IMG/VR virus record: IMGVR_UViG_3300046717_000225
Span: 1-64,000 of that record
DNA: 64,000 nucleotides
From: a virus
Taxonomy: Duplodnaviria > Caudoviricetes
Strand: one strand, 5' to 3'
Shown here: positions 7,804 to 16,457 of the stretch, one piece after another
Layout of the letters: every line of letters begins with the position of its first letter
Position numbering within the stretch: the stretch's first letter is position 1
The notes under the pieces: model-generated
Database searches by the model: none
What the model was told of the DNA's origin: nothing
What the model saw: only the letters and a program-made list of their open reading frames with translations
Made by a program: the position numbers and the translations under genes

Positions 7804-9762
7804 TCAGGCGGTTGACGACTCCTGGAACTTGCGCAGGATGGTGTAGATGGCCTTGCCCTTCGGGGGCTTGTGCATCTTCATCACCCCCGCCTCGACCAGG
7901 AGACTGAGCTGGTTGTAGATCCAGCCGGGGGTCCGGCCGACCTCGGTCTGTACCCCGTCCAGGTCGTCGAAGGTGATGTCGTAGTGACCGCCCCGGGCCA
8001 GCACCTCCAGCCGGTTCATCAGACGGCGCCGGGCCTCCCCGGTGTCCATGTTCGTCTTCGCCTCCTTGCCGAAGTCGAAGCCCAGCCCGGCGGCGGGCGG
8101 GGTCAGGGGCTCGTTCACGTCCACACCGGTCAGCTCCTCCAGGGTCGGGGGCTCGATCTCCTCCGCCTCGTCATCCTCAGCGTCCTCGTCAGCCACCCCA
8201 TCAGTAGCTGTCAGCCCCAGGGCGAGACGCTCGTACGTACCCGGGTCGAGCACGGCCCAGAACTGCCGGGACTGCTCCAGGGCCATGTGCTTCTCGGCCG
8301 CGCTCATGTACACCGCCCGGCCGTCGATGGGCCAGCGGGCCTTGTCCGTCCCGGTCATCTCCGCGTACAGGCTGCCCGGGGCGTCCGGGCCCCACTTGGT
8401 CGGGTCGGCGCCGGCCTCCAGCGTGTCCGGATGCAGGGCGTACTTGGCGTCCTGGTACTCGTTCTGGCCGTGGGCCAGGGACTGGCTGAACTGCCCGCGC
8501 GTCTTGCGCGGAATGTTGTCGTAAGGCATGGTCTGCATGCTCAGGCACAGGTGGATGCCTACGGACCGCAGCTTACGCACCGCGTTGTCCAGCTCCATGT
8601 CCATGTCCATCACGACGTCGGCCGCCTCCTCGATGTCGATGAAGACGAACGGGACGCCGTGCCGCGTGTAGCACTCCGGCTCCCACTGCTTGTAACCCGT
8701 GCCCCCGTCCGACCGTTCAAGCGATCCGAGCAGTCCCGCCCGGTAGCTGACCACCTCCGGCAAGTTGGCGATCAGTTGCTTGACCTGGTCTTCCGTCTTG
8801 GCGGCGATGCCCAGGCAGTCCTCGATGTCCCGGAAGCCCTGGTTGAACTTGGCCGGGTCGGCGACGACCGGGACCACGTCCGTCCGCCAGCGCATGTCGA
8901 TGATCGCGGTGCAGATGGTCTCCGTCTTGCCGGCGCCGGTCACTCCGGTGCACTTCGTGTGGGCGACGGGACGGGGGTTCTTCGGGTCGGTGGACCCGAC
9001 GATCCAGTACTCGATGTCCGAGCCGTCCGTCCGGCGTCCGAGGTACAGCGGAGCTGCGGCGATGGACTGCCCGGGAGCGCTCGGACCCCGGTAGACGAGG
9101 GGCTTGCTGGTGTCCTGCGCCCGGGTGAACACGACGTCGACCTTGCCCTCGTCGCCCTTGACCTTGAGGACTTTCACCTGGTCAGCGCCCACACCGGCCA
9201 CGGCAGCGATCTGCTCCCGGGCGTGCTGCGCGTCGCCGGAGGTGGTCGGGGCGTCGAGCTTTGTACGGAAGCGCAACTCGTCCTCGGTCTCCTTGACGCT
9301 GCTCTTCTCCGTCCGGCTGCCCTTGAAGGCACTGATCCTGCCCGCCAGCCAGCCCCCGTCCTCCTTCTTGTCGGTCCGGTCCCGGTCGTGCCCGCCGACG
9401 ATGCCCGCGTGACGGATCATCCAGAAGGACGACAGGGCGAACCCGCCCACGGCCCATGCCTTGAGAAAGTCTCCGGACCAGGGCGTTCCCGTCCCGGCCA
9501 GGGTGACCCACGCGAGCATCGCACCCGTGAACAAGGTGACCGTGGCGCGGGTCTCGTGCTTGTGGACTTTCCAGGTGTGCCACGTGGCCCAGGTGATGAC
9601 CGTGCAGATCACGCCCACGATCGTCATCCATTTCGGGTCGTTCCCGAGTGTGAAGTGAAGCAGCACGGCCACCGGCATCGCAGCGAGCATGAGCAGCCAC
9701 GGAGCCACGTACGGGACCGTCTTCTCCCCCGGGCTCAGGCGGGGACCCCGGCGGCCGGCCAT
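7804..9762 (-). CDS. traB: FtsK/SpoIIIE-like conjugative DNA translocase (TraB)
   Basis: N-terminal TM helices, Walker A GVTGAGKT, Walker B VFIDIEEAA, LRSVGIHLCLSMQ, C-terminal winged-helix-like RTPGWIYNQLSLLVEAG. Confidence 0.85.
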   Translation of the reverse strand: MAGRRGPRLSPGEKTVPYVAPWLLMLAAMPVAVLLHFTLGNDPKWMTIVGVICTVITWATWHTWKVHKHETRATVTLFTGAMLAWVTLAGTGTPWSGDFLKAWAVGGFALSSFWMIRHAGIVGGHDRDRTDKKEDGGWLAGRISAFKGSRTEKSSVKETEDELRFRTKLDAPTTSGDAQHAREQIAAVAGVGADQVKVLKVKGDEGKVDVVFTRAQDTSKPLVYRGPSAPGQSIAAAPLYLGRRTDGSDIEYWIVGSTDPKNPRPVAHTKCTGVTGAGKTETICTAIIDMRWRTDVVPVVADPAKFNQGFRDIEDCLGIAAKTEDQVKQLIANLPEVVSYRAGLLGSLERSDGGTGYKQWEPECYTRHGVPFVFIDIEEAADVVMDMDMELDNAVRKLRSVGIHLCLSMQTMPYDNIPRKTRGQFSQSLAHGQNEYQDAKYALHPDTLEAGADPTKWGPDAPGSLYAEMTGTDKARWPIDGRAVYMSAAEKHMALEQSRQFWAVLDPGTYERLALGLTATDGVADEDAEDDEAEEIEPPTLEELTGVDVNEPLTPPAAGLGFDFGKEAKTNMDTGEARRRLMNRLEVLARGGHYDITFDDLDGVQTEVGRTPGWIYNQLSLLVEAGVMKMHKPPKGKAIYTILRKFQESSTA

Positions 9763-9763
9763 G

Positions 9764-10240
9764 TCAGCTCCTGCTCATGCTGAAGCCGCCCCGGCTACCC
9801 CGGTGCGGACGGTCTACGTTGCCGGACTCGATCTCCTCCAGGAAGTCCTGCATGATCGCGTAGGTCTTCACGGAGGAGGTCGCCGCGTCCAGCAGGGCTT
9901 CGGCCGCCGTGTTGTCCATCTGGCGGCCGATCTTGCGCAGGGCCTGCTGGAGCTTCACCTTCTGGGCCAGGGTCAGGCGGCCGTCGGCGTTGTCCCGGGC
10001 GCCCTTGCGGGCCGCTGCCTGCACCTGGGACGCCGCCGCGTGCACGAAGAACGCCATGCCCGTACTCAACGCACGCAGGGCCTCCAGGAACTCGTACAGC
10101 CCCTGCGGGTCCAGCACCTCCCCCTCGGCGAGGGTGGCGAGATGCTGCTCCATGGACTTCTGGGTGGCCTTGCCCTGCGCCTGTGCCCCGGACGTGGTGG
10201 TGCCTTTGGGCGGGGGCTTGACCGTGCTTGCTGTGGTCAT
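9764..10240 (-). CDS. TraA-like plasmid transfer accessory protein
   Basis: 158-aa helical protein directly upstream of traB, where TraA lies in Streptomyces plasmids. Confidence 0.55.
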   Translation of the reverse strand: MTTASTVKPPPKGTTTSGAQAQGKATQKSMEQHLATLAEGEVLDPQGLYEFLEALRALSTGMAFFVHAAASQVQAAARKGARDNADGRLTLAQKVKLQQALRKIGRQMDNTAAEALLDAATSSVKTYAIMQDFLEEIESGNVDRPHRGSRGGFSMSRS

Positions 10241-10274
10241 GATCGGTGTTCCTCTCTCGGTTGGTTGGGACAGC

Positions 10275-11066
10275 TCAGGCTGTCCTGCGGAGTGCCTTGT
10301 TTATCGAGTTGTCCTTAGCGCCCTCGTAGCCGGGGACAGTGGGGACAATCGCCTTGATCATGTCCTTGTCGTGTCCCGCCGCGCGCAAGGCGCGGATGAT
10401 CTCGGTCAGGGACCGGAGACGGGACAACTCGTCCACTGGGACAGAAGCAGGAGCAAAGGTCTTGATCAAGGACACTGCGGGGACACGGGGCGGGGACACC
10501 GTCCTCGGGGCCCGTGACGGACGCGGGGATGCGGGGACAGGCTGTACAGGAGCCGTTGTCCTGGCCTTGGGGAGGGGACGCTCGGCCTGGACCTTCCGGG
10601 ACACTGTCCCTGCGGGCATCGCCGCGAAGTGCAGGAGGTGTCCCAGGATCAGCGGGGGGACAGAGGACACCGTGGCCACCAGCCACAGCGGGGGACGGGG
10701 GTCTGCGGACAAGTAGCCCGTAACGAACATGTGGCTCACCGGCTGAGCACCCATGGCGAGCGCGAGGCTCAGGATGGCCCCCCAGACCGACGAGGTCTTC
10801 CCCCGGCCGCCCTTGGGCAGCTGGGTACTGATGACGGCCGCCAGGCCCGCGTAGAGGGTGAAGAGACCGCTCAGGCCCCAGCTCATGGTCGGGCCCCAGC
10901 CGGACAGATCGGCGAGGTGCTGCTCCCCCGGTGCACAGAGCACCAGGACGAGGATCGCGGCAGCCGGGACACCCCAGCGCCGGAACTCGGTCACCCAGCC
11001 AGGGACATCCTCTGTCCCGGGGACCGTGTCCCCGGACGTCCGGTGGGACACGAAGGGATTGCGCAT
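10275..11066 (-). CDS. Spd-like membrane protein with Pro-rich linker and possible C-terminal DNA-binding domain
   Basis: 3-4 TM segments (LVLCAPGEQHLA...SSVPPLILGHLLH), low-complexity linker, basic helical C-terminus. Confidence 0.65.
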   Translation of the reverse strand: MRNPFVSHRTSGDTVPGTEDVPGWVTEFRRWGVPAAAILVLVLCAPGEQHLADLSGWGPTMSWGLSGLFTLYAGLAAVISTQLPKGGRGKTSSVWGAILSLALAMGAQPVSHMFVTGYLSADPRPPLWLVATVSSVPPLILGHLLHFAAMPAGTVSRKVQAERPLPKARTTAPVQPVPASPRPSRAPRTVSPPRVPAVSLIKTFAPASVPVDELSRLRSLTEIIRALRAAGHDKDMIKAIVPTVPGYEGAKDNSINKALRRTA

Positions 11067-11165
11067 TGCCCTGTCCTCCTTGGTCCGTGGTCGATTAAGT
11101 TAAAGCGTCTGTCCCCAAGGTATGTCCACGGAGGACAGCCGTCAAACCGGGCGGGGGGCACGACA

Positions 11166-11198
11166 AAGCCCGAGGACACTTTCCTTGTCCTCGGGCTT
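11166..11198. terminator. 13-bp inverted repeat terminator
   Basis: AAGCCCGAGGACA-N7-TGTCCTCGGGCTT downstream of the 11210 stop. Confidence 0.7.
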
Positions 11199-11209
11199 CG
11201 TCCTCGGGG

Positions 11210-11509
11210 TCAGATGCCGTTGTCCTCGGGGGACAGACGGGACTTGTCTAGGGACACGGACTTGTCCTGGGACACGTCCGGGACAGAGACGGGCTCCAGG
11301 TACACGTAGTGGAACCGGGTCAGGACACAGTCCTCGGACAGGACACCGTCCGGCATGTCCGGGTGTCCCGGCAGATTGTCCAGGACGAGCTGCTGGAGAT
11401 CAATCTCGGACAGGACACCGTCCGCCGTGGCCGTCCCGGACATCTCGGCATAGCCGTCCCCGTTGAAGTGCGCCCGGTAGGTGAAGAGGTAGCTGTACTT
11501 GGTCTGCAT
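11210..11509 (-). CDS. hypothetical protein
   Basis: 99 aa, RBS ACCAAGGAGGA. Confidence 0.65.
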   Translation of the reverse strand: MQTKYSYLFTYRAHFNGDGYAEMSGTATADGVLSEIDLQQLVLDNLPGHPDMPDGVLSEDCVLTRFHYVYLEPVSVPDVSQDKSVSLDKSRLSPEDNGI

Positions 11510-11632
11510 CTGTCCTCCTTGGTCGGTGGTCCTGTCCGGAGTTTACCCGGACAGCTCATTTAGCTAAACGAGTGTTTCCGGACACAGGACGACCCCGGAA
11601 CGATCAGGTTCCGGGGTCGTGTCCAGGGTCGG

Positions 11633-12028
11633 TCAGACGTCATACCCGTCCGGGTAGCTGTCCGCGCCCGAGGACCGCCGGGCCGCGCGCCGGTCGGCCG
11701 TCGTACGGAACTCGTCCTCCTCCTGCACGATGCGGGTCAGCTCGGCCAGGTGGAACTGGAGCACGGCCCAGTCCTTGGCGGAGAGATCCCGGACGATGGA
11801 CCGGGCTGCGTCCGGGTCGTCCTGGATGACGGACGTGAACGCCAGGACGAACTCCATGTCCTCGGCCGTCTCCAGCTTGATGTCCGGGCGCCGGACGGAC
11901 GGGTGGAGTGGTCGGGACATCAGTTCGGACACGGTGCGGGGGAACGCCCCGGACGCTCCGTCCGGGTTCGGTCCAGCGACGGTCCCCCGGTTGTCGCTCA
12001 GCCACCTCGGCAGCTTGATCAGGCTCAT
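11633..12028 (-). CDS. hypothetical protein
   Basis: 131 aa, RBS ACCAAGGAGA. Confidence 0.7.
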   Translation of the reverse strand: MSLIKLPRWLSDNRGTVAGPNPDGASGAFPRTVSELMSRPLHPSVRRPDIKLETAEDMEFVLAFTSVIQDDPDAARSIVRDLSAKDWAVLQFHLAELTRIVQEEDEFRTTADRRAARRSSGADSYPDGYDV

Positions 12029-12064
12029 GGTCTTCTCCTTGGTCTGTGGGTGAACGGTCCGGGC

Positions 12065-12715
12065 CTACAGGCCCCGGCCGGCGGTGCTCTTCGGGTTGGC
12101 TCGCCAGTACCAGGTCTTCCGGTCCACGTGTTCGAACGTGTCCTGCACCCGGTGGCCACGGGCCTCGGCCGCATCCAGCAGGCGGATGAGGTAGTCCTCG
12201 TCCTCGCCCCGGTACCGGCCGGACGGGAGCGTGTACCCGGGCTTGAACCCGCCGATCGCCCGGACGGCCTCGGTCCGGACGAGGTGGGTCATGGGGATGA
12301 ACGACCCTATCTGCCGGATGTGCTCGGCGTGCTCCTGCGTGAAGCGCAGGCCCCAGGGCGAGGTCGGGAAGACGCTCTGGTGCGTGACGGCCGTGGGGTC
12401 CTGCATGCCGAGGAAGACCGGCCGGGGGTAGACCAGGTCCGGCTTGAACGGGCTCTGCTCCAGGACCCGCATGCACACCTTGAGGTGCGAGGGGTTCAGG
12501 GTGTCGTCATCATCAAGGAAGGAAATTACGTCGCACTGAACCCGGGCGAGCGCGCGGTTACGCGCAGCCCAGGCTCCGGTGCGCTCGCTGTCCCGCTCCA
12601 CGATCAGCTGGTCCGCCTTGCGCTCCTGACGGAGGGCGGAGAGGCGGGCCTGTTCGAGCGAGCGCTCCCGCCCGGGGATTGTCGGGATGATCACTGCGAC
12701 GGTGAGGCGGGCCAT
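12065..12715 (-). CDS. GT2 glycosyltransferase
   Basis: VAVIIPT, AARNRAL, ISFLDDDD, DLVYP, GEDEDY. Confidence 0.9.
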   Translation of the reverse strand: MARLTVAVIIPTIPGRERSLEQARLSALRQERKADQLIVERDSERTGAWAARNRALARVQCDVISFLDDDDTLNPSHLKVCMRVLEQSPFKPDLVYPRPVFLGMQDPTAVTHQSVFPTSPWGLRFTQEHAEHIRQIGSFIPMTHLVRTEAVRAIGGFKPGYTLPSGRYRGEDEDYLIRLLDAAEARGHRVQDTFEHVDRKTWYWRANPKSTAGRGL

Positions 12716-12867
12716 CCCAGCTCCCTCCTTATCTCGTCCTCCGACAGTCCCCGGTTGGGTATCCAGGACGGGACCCGGACCTCGATCTCGACGACCCGGT
12801 CCGGAGGACGTACCCGTCCCCGGATCTCCTGGTGCCGGGCCTTGTCCACGGTCGTCCTCAGGCGCAT
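12691..12867 (-). CDS. small hypothetical protein
   Basis: fills the gap between flanking genes; start uncertain. Confidence 0.4.
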   Translation of the reverse strand: MRLRTTVDKARHQEIRGRVRPPDRVVEIEVRVPSWIPNRGLSEDEIRRELGWPASPSQ

Positions 12868-13115
12868 GGGTTGCTCACATCCGCACTCCACACCGCACCC
12901 GGCCCGGCCGTGTCCGCACAGATACGGACCAGGCCCGCCCGGCGCAGCCGGTCCAGGGAGAGGTAGACGATGGTCTTGTCCAGGCCCAGTCCCTCGGCGA
13001 TCGAGTTCCGGGGCTTGGGACCGAGGTCCCTCAGCAGGCTGAGGATCATCCGGTCTCTCTCGATGGTCTCCTGGGGACGCGGGCGGCCCCGAGGACGCTT
13101 CTCTTCGGTGGTCAT
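12858..13115 (-). CDS. winged-helix DNA-binding protein with AT-hook-like motif
   Basis: RPRGRPRP then ILSLLRDLG...SIAEGLGLDKTIVYLSLDRLRRAGLV. Confidence 0.75.
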   Translation of the reverse strand: MTTEEKRPRGRPRPQETIERDRMILSLLRDLGPKPRNSIAEGLGLDKTIVYLSLDRLRRAGLVRICADTAGPGAVWSADVSNPCA

Positions 13116-13140
13116 GGTCCCTCTCCTCGGTTGATTTACC

Positions 13141-13464
13141 TTAACCGTTATTACCCGCATCAGTGCCGTTCCACGCCCCGCCGGGCGCCTGGAGCATTCC
13201 GGACCGGTGGGTGAGCGCGGTCGCCTTGTCCGTGTCCAGCATCGTGATGACCGGGATGGGCTCCGTCTCGGCCCAGGCCGGAACGACATACCGGCCGGGC
13301 AGCTCCAGGTCCAGGGGCTCCTCGGCCCGGTCCTCCAGGACGCCCTGGTGGTCACGCTCCAGCGCCGCATACGCGGCGCTCAGCTCCCGGTACCGGCGCC
13401 ACAGGGCGAGGTACGTGCTCCGCCGGACGAACGGACCGACAGAACTGCGCTTGTGCCGTGCCAT
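13141..13464 (-). CDS. hypothetical protein
   Basis: 107 aa, RBS ACCAAGGAGA. Confidence 0.7.
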   Translation of the reverse strand: MARHKRSSVGPFVRRSTYLALWRRYRELSAAYAALERDHQGVLEDRAEEPLDLELPGRYVVPAWAETEPIPVITMLDTDKATALTHRSGMLQAPGGAWNGTDAGNNG

Positions 13465-13511
13465 GGTCTTCTCCTTGGTCGGGCCCGGGGTTCACGCCCC
13501 GGGCCGATCGG

Positions 13512-14414
13512 TCAGCCGTTCAGCCTGTAGCAGGTCAGCCACGTACTCGTGATGTCCACGGACGAGCCCTTGGCCGCGTACCCGCCGGCCAGCGCGCTCT
13601 CGTTCTGGAGGATCCAGTCCGCCGTGTCCGGGAAGTCCGCGTGCACGGTCTTGAAGAGGCGCCCGTCGTAGTAGAAGCGTACGGACCCCGGGACGATCTC
13701 CTGGGAGTAGGTGTGCCAGCCGGTCCAGGCCGCGTTCCCGGCCGCGTCCGCTCCCGACTCGGCGAAGCCGTGGGTGAACTCGCTCACCGGGTCGCTCCGG
13801 AAGTTCCCGCCCGCCTCGGGGTAGTCGATCTCGTTCGGGGTGTAGCGCAGGTGCGCCATCTTGTACCCGTCGGTCAGGGCGCTCACGTGCGTCCGCTCGG
13901 TGAACTTGCCGTACCTCAGGTTCATGCATTTGAGCGGAACCGGTGCGGAGACGTGGTTGCTGCCGCCGGCGGATGGGCGCCACATGTGGACTTTGAGCTG
14001 GCCGTCGCCCTCGGGGGTCTTGATGACGGACATGGTGTCCTGTGGGGTGTACTTGCCGCCGAAGGTGCGGTTGTTGCCGTTGCTGTGGTTGGAGGGGTCG
14101 GCCGTGTCTCCCCAGCCGGACGGGTAGGCGCCCAGGGTGTTGTAGTACCCGGGGTACCGGGTCCGGAGACCGGAGCACTTGAAGTTGCCGTCGCCGGCGC
14201 AGCCGCTGAACGCTCCGAGCGGCACCTGGACCGCGTTGAAGTTCTCCCGGTAGACCTGGGTGAACGGGCCGCAGTTGCCGCTCGGGGCGTTGTTGTTGAC
14301 CGTATGACAGGCGTCCTGGCTCGGACTCGCTGCCCCCGCCGGAGGACTGAACGCGAAGACGAAGGCCCCCACCGCGACGAGCGCGGTGAGGACCCTGAGG
14401 ACTGACTTGAGCAT
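13512..14414 (-). CDS. secreted GH16-like glycoside hydrolase
   Basis: signal peptide ending PPAGAA; catalytic EIDYPE (ExDxxE); WHTYSQEIVPGSVRFYYDG. Confidence 0.75.
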   Translation of the reverse strand: MLKSVLRVLTALVAVGAFVFAFSPPAGAASPSQDACHTVNNNAPSGNCGPFTQVYRENFNAVQVPLGAFSGCAGDGNFKCSGLRTRYPGYYNTLGAYPSGWGDTADPSNHSNGNNRTFGGKYTPQDTMSVIKTPEGDGQLKVHMWRPSAGGSNHVSAPVPLKCMNLRYGKFTERTHVSALTDGYKMAHLRYTPNEIDYPEAGGNFRSDPVSEFTHGFAESGADAAGNAAWTGWHTYSQEIVPGSVRFYYDGRLFKTVHADFPDTADWILQNESALAGGYAAKGSSVDITSTWLTCYRLNG

Positions 14415-14456
14415 GTGACCGCCCTGGTAGCCGGAATTGGTCCACCAGGGAAGGTA

Positions 14457-14543
14457 TCAGCGGCCTGAGATCCACACCGTCGCGAGCAGTACGGCGAACA
14501 GGACCAGGACGGTTCCGTACGGCCACCAGGACGGGCCCCTCAC
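14457..14543 (-). CDS. 28-aa TM peptide
   Basis: GTGA overlap with upstream gene; hydrophobic. Confidence 0.45.
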   Translation of the reverse strand: MRGPSWWPYGTVLVLFAVLLATVWISGR

Positions 14544-14773
14544 CGGTGGATGTACCAGTCGAGCAGGTTGTCCAGCTCGGTCTGCTCCCTCTCGGTCAGG
14601 GTCGCGCTGTGCAGCAGGTGCATCATGCGGGCCTCGTTCGGCTGGGTCTGGGCACGGCGCTTGGCCGCGTAGTCCAGGCCCGGACCGGGGGAGCACTCCT
14701 TGCACGCACAGGGGACCGGTGCGTCCGGAGCCCGGCACCCGCACCGGCAGGGAGTGTAGGTGGTCGCGCTCAT
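14540..14773 (-). CDS. Cys-rich hypothetical protein
   Basis: CRCGC...CACKEC; ATGA overlap. Confidence 0.65.
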   Translation of the reverse strand: MSATTYTPCRCGCRAPDAPVPCACKECSPGPGLDYAAKRRAQTQPNEARMMHLLHSATLTEREQTELDNLLDWYIHR

Positions 14774-14979
14774 CGCAGAGTCACTTCCAAGTCCTCTTCC
14801 CGTACGTAGCGCAGGGACTCGTCCCCTCCGCCGCAGACATCAGCCTCCGAGTCGTCTTCCAGGGGGTCTCCGTGCTCGGGGCAATCCGGGTGAGCGTAGG
14901 CGACCTCTCCTGTCCGGCTGTACTCAGGCAGGCCAATGTCGGCCGCCGTCAGACAGATCCCGTTGCATTCGTCCTTCAC
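14770..14979 (-). CDS. hypothetical protein
   Basis: 69 aa, coupled overlaps on both sides. Confidence 0.6.
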   Translation of the reverse strand: MKDECNGICLTAADIGLPEYSRTGEVAYAHPDCPEHGDPLEDDSEADVCGGGDESLRYVREEDLEVTLR

Positions 14980-15167
14980 GCCCGTGCCCCCTTCAGCTTC
15001 GGGTGGGCCGGGCAGACGTTCAGACCCAGCTTGTCCTTGCGCCAGCCGAGGTCACGTGCGGCTCGCTCCACCCCCGCCTTGGGGAGGTAGGCGTCCCAGT
15101 GCAAGTAGGCCAGGCACGTGTCCATGTCGCAGTTCAGTCGCGTCTTGGCGCTGTGCTCGATGCTCAC
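14976..15167 (-). CDS. hypothetical Zn-binding protein
   Basis: CDMDTC...VCPAH; GTGA overlap. Confidence 0.6.
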   Translation of the reverse strand: MSIEHSAKTRLNCDMDTCLAYLHWDAYLPKAGVERAARDLGWRKDKLGLNVCPAHPKLKGARA

Positions 15168-15316
15168 GCCTGTCCCTTCCAGTGCGCCCAGATGATGAGC
15201 AGGATCACGACGGTCAGCAGGACCCGGCCGTGCCACATGCTCGGACGGGCGGAGCGGACCGGAGCGCGCCTACGGGACCGGGAATGGCTCCTGGACGTGC
15301 TCCGCCTGCGGCTCAT
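15164..15316 (-). CDS. 50-aa basic membrane peptide (absent from ORF track)
   Basis: MSRRRSTSRSHSRSRRR...VLLTVVILLIIWAHWKGQA; 4-nt overlaps at both ends. Confidence 0.55.
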   Translation of the reverse strand: MSRRRSTSRSHSRSRRRAPVRSARPSMWHGRVLLTVVILLIIWAHWKGQA

Positions 15317-15768
15317 GTCACCACCCGCTGAAGTGCGGCACGGTACGCGGCATTGATCTTGCCGTCGTACTCGGAGGCGGTTTCGAGCGCGCGCCGGGCC
15401 ACGAAGGTGAACGACGCCCGGCCGCTCTCGCTCCAGGTGGCCAGGGCGGAGACGACCGCCGGGCCGTCCGGAGCCCAGCCGAGGGTGGTGATGTCACTCT
15501 CCTGAGGGACGACGGACCGGCCCGTCTGCACGACGAGGTAGCGGCCGTCCCGGTCCTGGAAGACGCGGATCTCCATCCACCGGCAGGTGGAGCAGTGCTG
15601 TCCCTTGGCTGCATGCGGGGGGAAGGGGTGCTTGTGGAAGGGCCGGTGGCTGGAGCCGAGGCCGAGGAAGTCACCGGCCAGTGCGGCCTCCGTCCCGTAC
15701 CGGTCGGTCAGCTCCCAGTGGCCGGCCTGGCCGGCCTCGGTGAACGGGGGCAGTGCGGTGTCCGGCAT
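15313..15768 (-). CDS. hypothetical protein
   Basis: RBS GAGGAGA; HKH...HCSTC motif. Confidence 0.7.
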   Translation of the reverse strand: MPDTALPPFTEAGQAGHWELTDRYGTEAALAGDFLGLGSSHRPFHKHPFPPHAAKGQHCSTCRWMEIRVFQDRDGRYLVVQTGRSVVPQESDITTLGWAPDGPAVVSALATWSESGRASFTFVARRALETASEYDGKINAAYRAALQRVVT

Positions 15769-15879
15769 GGTCGTGTCTCCTCGGTCCGTGGTCTCGTCCT
15801 TGACGAGCGTACCCAGAGGCACAGTCATCGCCCCGCTTCAGGGGTGTGATGCATGGTCATTGCTCCTTGGTCGGGTGAG

Positions 15880-16404
15880 TCATTTGGTCTGTTCGCGCCG
15901 CTTCCTCTTGTACCGGCGCATCCTCGCGTTGTAACAAGATCGGCATCGTAGCCGGTACCCTTCCGGACGCCCGGCGCTCTTCTCTTTGAAGACGTTCGCC
16001 CTTGTCAGCTTGTGTCCGTACCTACAGGACTCCCGGGGAGCCCGTACGGGGACTTCCTTCACCCCCTCGAACTTCGGGACCCTGTTGAGCTTCCTACGCC
16101 CTACAGGGGCTCTGCGCAGGTTGACCAGTTGGGTCACAGGCTCCAGGTGCCACGGGTTCCAGCACGCTCGGTTCCGGCACAGATGATCTATCTGGAGTCC
16201 CTCCGGTATGTCCGCCCGCATCGTGGCGTATGCAAAGCGGTGCACTCCCATGGTGCGACCCTCGTGCTTCAGAACTGCATACCCCGAGGGCTGGTTGGCC
16301 GGGACGGTCCAGCACAGAGGCCCCAAGCCCCTGACCAAACAAATTGCAGGGGTGGATCGGGCAGCCAGAAGTCCAATCCGTCCAAGTGCGTTCTGTCGGG
16401 CCAT
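15880..16404 (-). CDS. HNH endonuclease
   Basis: VHRFAY...IDHLCRNRACWNPWHLEPVTQLVN; C-terminal CRYGH...CRSC; lower GC; start uncertain. Confidence 0.88.
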   Translation of the reverse strand: MARQNALGRIGLLAARSTPAICLVRGLGPLCWTVPANQPSGYAVLKHEGRTMGVHRFAYATMRADIPEGLQIDHLCRNRACWNPWHLEPVTQLVNLRRAPVGRRKLNRVPKFEGVKEVPVRAPRESCRYGHKLTRANVFKEKSAGRPEGYRLRCRSCYNARMRRYKRKRREQTK

Positions 16405-16419
16405 ACGTTGGGTATACCC
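16390..16419 (+). promoter_or_regulatory. GTTC-N16-GGGTAT promoter with palindrome GGGTATACCC
   Basis: lies at the divergence point upstream of ruvC. Confidence 0.5.
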
Positions 16420-16457
16420 CGATAGACAAAAACAAACCCGACCAAGGAGAGCAGACC

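Larger units (their letters stand above)
10268..11625. repeat. dense array of GGACA/TGTCC pentamers
   Basis: about 50 copies by hand count across two ORFs and intergenic DNA. Confidence 0.85.

Noticed and set aside
10268-11625. CRISPR array
   Set aside because: Repeats are 5-7 nt, irregularly spaced and in both orientations; no cas genes. The Cas4-like call at 17992 is a generic phage exonuclease.
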